The notes below the pieces were generated by a model. That model was not told where the DNA came from. It ran no database searches and saw only the letters and a list, made by a program, of their open reading frames with translations. A stretch of 18,606 nt of DNA from a virus. The stretch is taken from the UHGV virus genome UHGV-0096816; one strand, 5' to 3'. A program made the position numbers and the translations under genes. Within the stretch, counting starts at the first letter, position 1. Every line of letters starts with the position of its first letter. Positions 17,257 to 18,606 of this stretch are shown one piece after another.

Positions 17257-17401
17257 AAGAAACCCTTTTTTGTATTTTTTTGTACTTTTTGAAGGCAATT
17301 TAGATAGTCCTTAACATACTAAATTAACGAACATATTTCATTAGCACGGTCCGCAAAAAGTGATGTATCGTGTTAAGAGTGGTTACTTCGCCACACAACT
17401 T

Positions 17402-17430
17402 AAACCCGCCGTCGAGCGGGTTTTGTCATT
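17402..17430 (+). terminator. intrinsic terminator-like hairpin, candidate tR' downstream of a late promoter
   Basis: aaacccgc / gcgggttt 8-bp stem with 6-nt loop cgtcga, followed by TGTCATTTC; oriented for plus-strand (late) transcription, about 150 nt upstream of the holin gene. Confidence 0.45.
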
Positions 17431-17574
17431 TCTAGGCCTTGGTATTCGTTGGGCTTGGTCTATCTGGTACTTATCCATTGGCTCGACTTCTTTTACGTTT
17501 CCGCTTCTGATTTGCGGTACATGATGTTCCCTCAATTTGCACCTCCTGTATTGCGAGGTGAGAGATAACTACAA

Positions 17575-17901
17575 ATGCCTCATAACCCAAATACCTGGCT
17601 GGAGTTGGTCCAGAGCTGGTGGCGTGGAGACACACCGCTGGGCGCAGTGATTATGTCGATTGTTATGGCTGGTTTACGTATCGCCTATTTTGGCGGTGGT
17701 GGCGGCTGGAAGCGAAAAACACTCGAAATTCTACTCTGTGGCGCTCTGACGCTGACTTTTGCATCCGCTCTTGAGTATGTCGGATGGCCTAAATCACTAT
17801 CTGTTGCCATTGGTGGTGGGGTGGGGCTGATCGGTGTCGATGCTATTCGTGGGGCTGCAATGCGAGTAATCGGTAACAAATTTGGTGGCTCTAAGGAGTA
17901 A
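17575..17901 (+). CDS. holin (class I, three predicted transmembrane segments)
   Basis: 108 aa with three hydrophobic segments (LGAVIMSIVMAGLRIAYF; LEILLCGALTLTFASALEYV; LSVAIGGGVGLIGVDAI) and a charged C-terminus; immediately precedes the endolysin. Confidence 0.7.
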   Translation: MPHNPNTWLELVQSWWRGDTPLGAVIMSIVMAGLRIAYFGGGGGWKRKTLEILLCGALTLTFASALEYVGWPKSLSVAIGGGVGLIGVDAIRGAAMRVIGNKFGGSKE

Positions 17902-17904
17902 TTT

Positions 17905-18381
17905 ATGCAGGTACTAAATTCCCAGCGTAAAGCTTTCCTTGATATGGTGGCTTGGTCAGAAGGAACGGATAACGGACGACAACCGACACGTAACCACGGT
18001 TATGACGTTATTGTCGGTGGTGAACTCTTCACTGATTACTCCGATCACCCTCGCAAACTTGTCACGCTAAACCCGAAACTCAAGTCAACAGCCGCCGGAC
18101 GTTATCAGCTTCTTTCACGCTGGTGGGATGCTTACCGTAAACAGCTTGGTTTGAAAGACTTCTCCCCCAAAAGCCAGGACGCAGTGGCATTGCAGCAGAT
18201 TAAAGAGCGTGGCGCTTTACCGATGATTGATCGCGGTGATATTCGTCAGGCAATTGACCGTTGCAGCAATATCTGGGCTTCACTGCCGGGCGCTGGTTAT
18301 GGTCAGTTCGAGCATAAGGCTGACAGCCTGATTGCAAAATTCAAGGAAGCAGGCGGAACTGTCAGAGAGATTGAGGTATGA
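17905..18381 (+). CDS. R: endolysin, lambda R-type lytic transglycosylase
   Basis: 158 aa, nearly identical over its length to lambda R as recalled (…[148 protein letters not shown]). Confidence 0.95.
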   Translation: MQVLNSQRKAFLDMVAWSEGTDNGRQPTRNHGYDVIVGGELFTDYSDHPRKLVTLNPKLKSTAAGRYQLLSRWWDAYRKQLGLKDFSPKSQDAVALQQIKERGALPMIDRGDIRQAIDRCSNIWASLPGAGYGQFEHKADSLIAKFKEAGGTVREIEV

Positions 18382-18606
18382 GCAGAGTAACCGCGATTAT
18401 CTCCGCTCTGGTTATCTGCGTCATCGTCTGCCTGTCATGGGCTGTTAATCATTACCGCGATAACGCGATTACCTACAAAGCCCAGCGCGACAAAAATGCC
18501 AGAGAACTGAAGCTGGCGAACTCGACAATTACTGACATGCAGGTGCGCCAACGTGATGTTGCTGCGCTCGATGCAAAATACACGAAGGAGTTAGCTGATG
18601 CGAAAG
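18378..18606 (+). CDS. Rz: spanin inner-membrane subunit Rz (5' partial, truncated by window end)
   Basis: [72 protein letters not shown] matches lambda Rz as recalled; ATGA overlap with R. Confidence 0.9.
   Translation, partial: MSRVTAIISALVICVIVCLSWAVNHYRDNAITYKAQRDKNARELKLANSTITDMQVRQRDVAALDAKYTKELADAK

Noticed and set aside
15098-17298. Shiga toxin or other known AB5 toxin cargo at the Q-S junction
   Set aside because: The three ORFs are on the opposite strand to late transcription, have no signal-peptide-like N-termini, and their sizes and sequences do not resemble StxA/StxB.
1-18606. CRISPR arrays, tRNA/tmRNA genes, IS elements
   Set aside because: No regularly spaced repeat-spacer array, no cloverleaf-compatible segment seen near the integrase, and no transposase-like ORF or terminal inverted repeats were found by eye. 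A tRNA-type att site may lie outside the window.
18378-18606. Embedded Rz1 (outer-membrane spanin) within Rz
   Set aside because: In lambda, Rz1 lies in the +1 frame within the distal part of Rz; only the first 76 codons of Rz are in the window, so Rz1 cannot be supported here.

Overview
This window reads as a mosaic lambdoid (lambda-like) prophage segment of an enterobacterial genome, with two AT-rich accessory insertions. Core prophage, left to right: tyrosine integrase and excisionase (minus strand); an early-left operon with an HD-domain hydrolase and two conserved unknowns; an immunity region with a CI-like repressor (HTH + S24 peptidase), divergent Cro-like gene and repeated 15-bp operator-like sites on both sides of the repressor; a replication initiator (O-like) with internal iteron-like repeats; a nin-like block (Dam-type N6-adenine methyltransferase, LexA-N-terminal-like DNA-binding protein, RusA resolvase, KilA-N protein, Cys/His-rich protein); a Q-like antiterminator; and a lysis cassette (holin, lambda R-like endolysin, 5' part of Rz). 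Accessory content: (1) at the left edge, beyond the integrase 3' end, an AT-rich block with a translationally coupled ABC-type ATPase + HNH nuclease pair (Septu-like architecture, but with an atypical ~190-aa N-terminal extension) and a convergent small protein with a PD-(D/E)xK-like motif; (2) between Q and the lysis genes, an AT-rich, tightly coupled three-gene minus-strand cassette of unknown proteins, the last carrying a PD-(D/E)xK-like nuclease motif. The second is the strongest candidate for an undescribed phage-defence or moron system. All calls rest on reading the ORF translations and DNA by eye; no database search or computation was possible.
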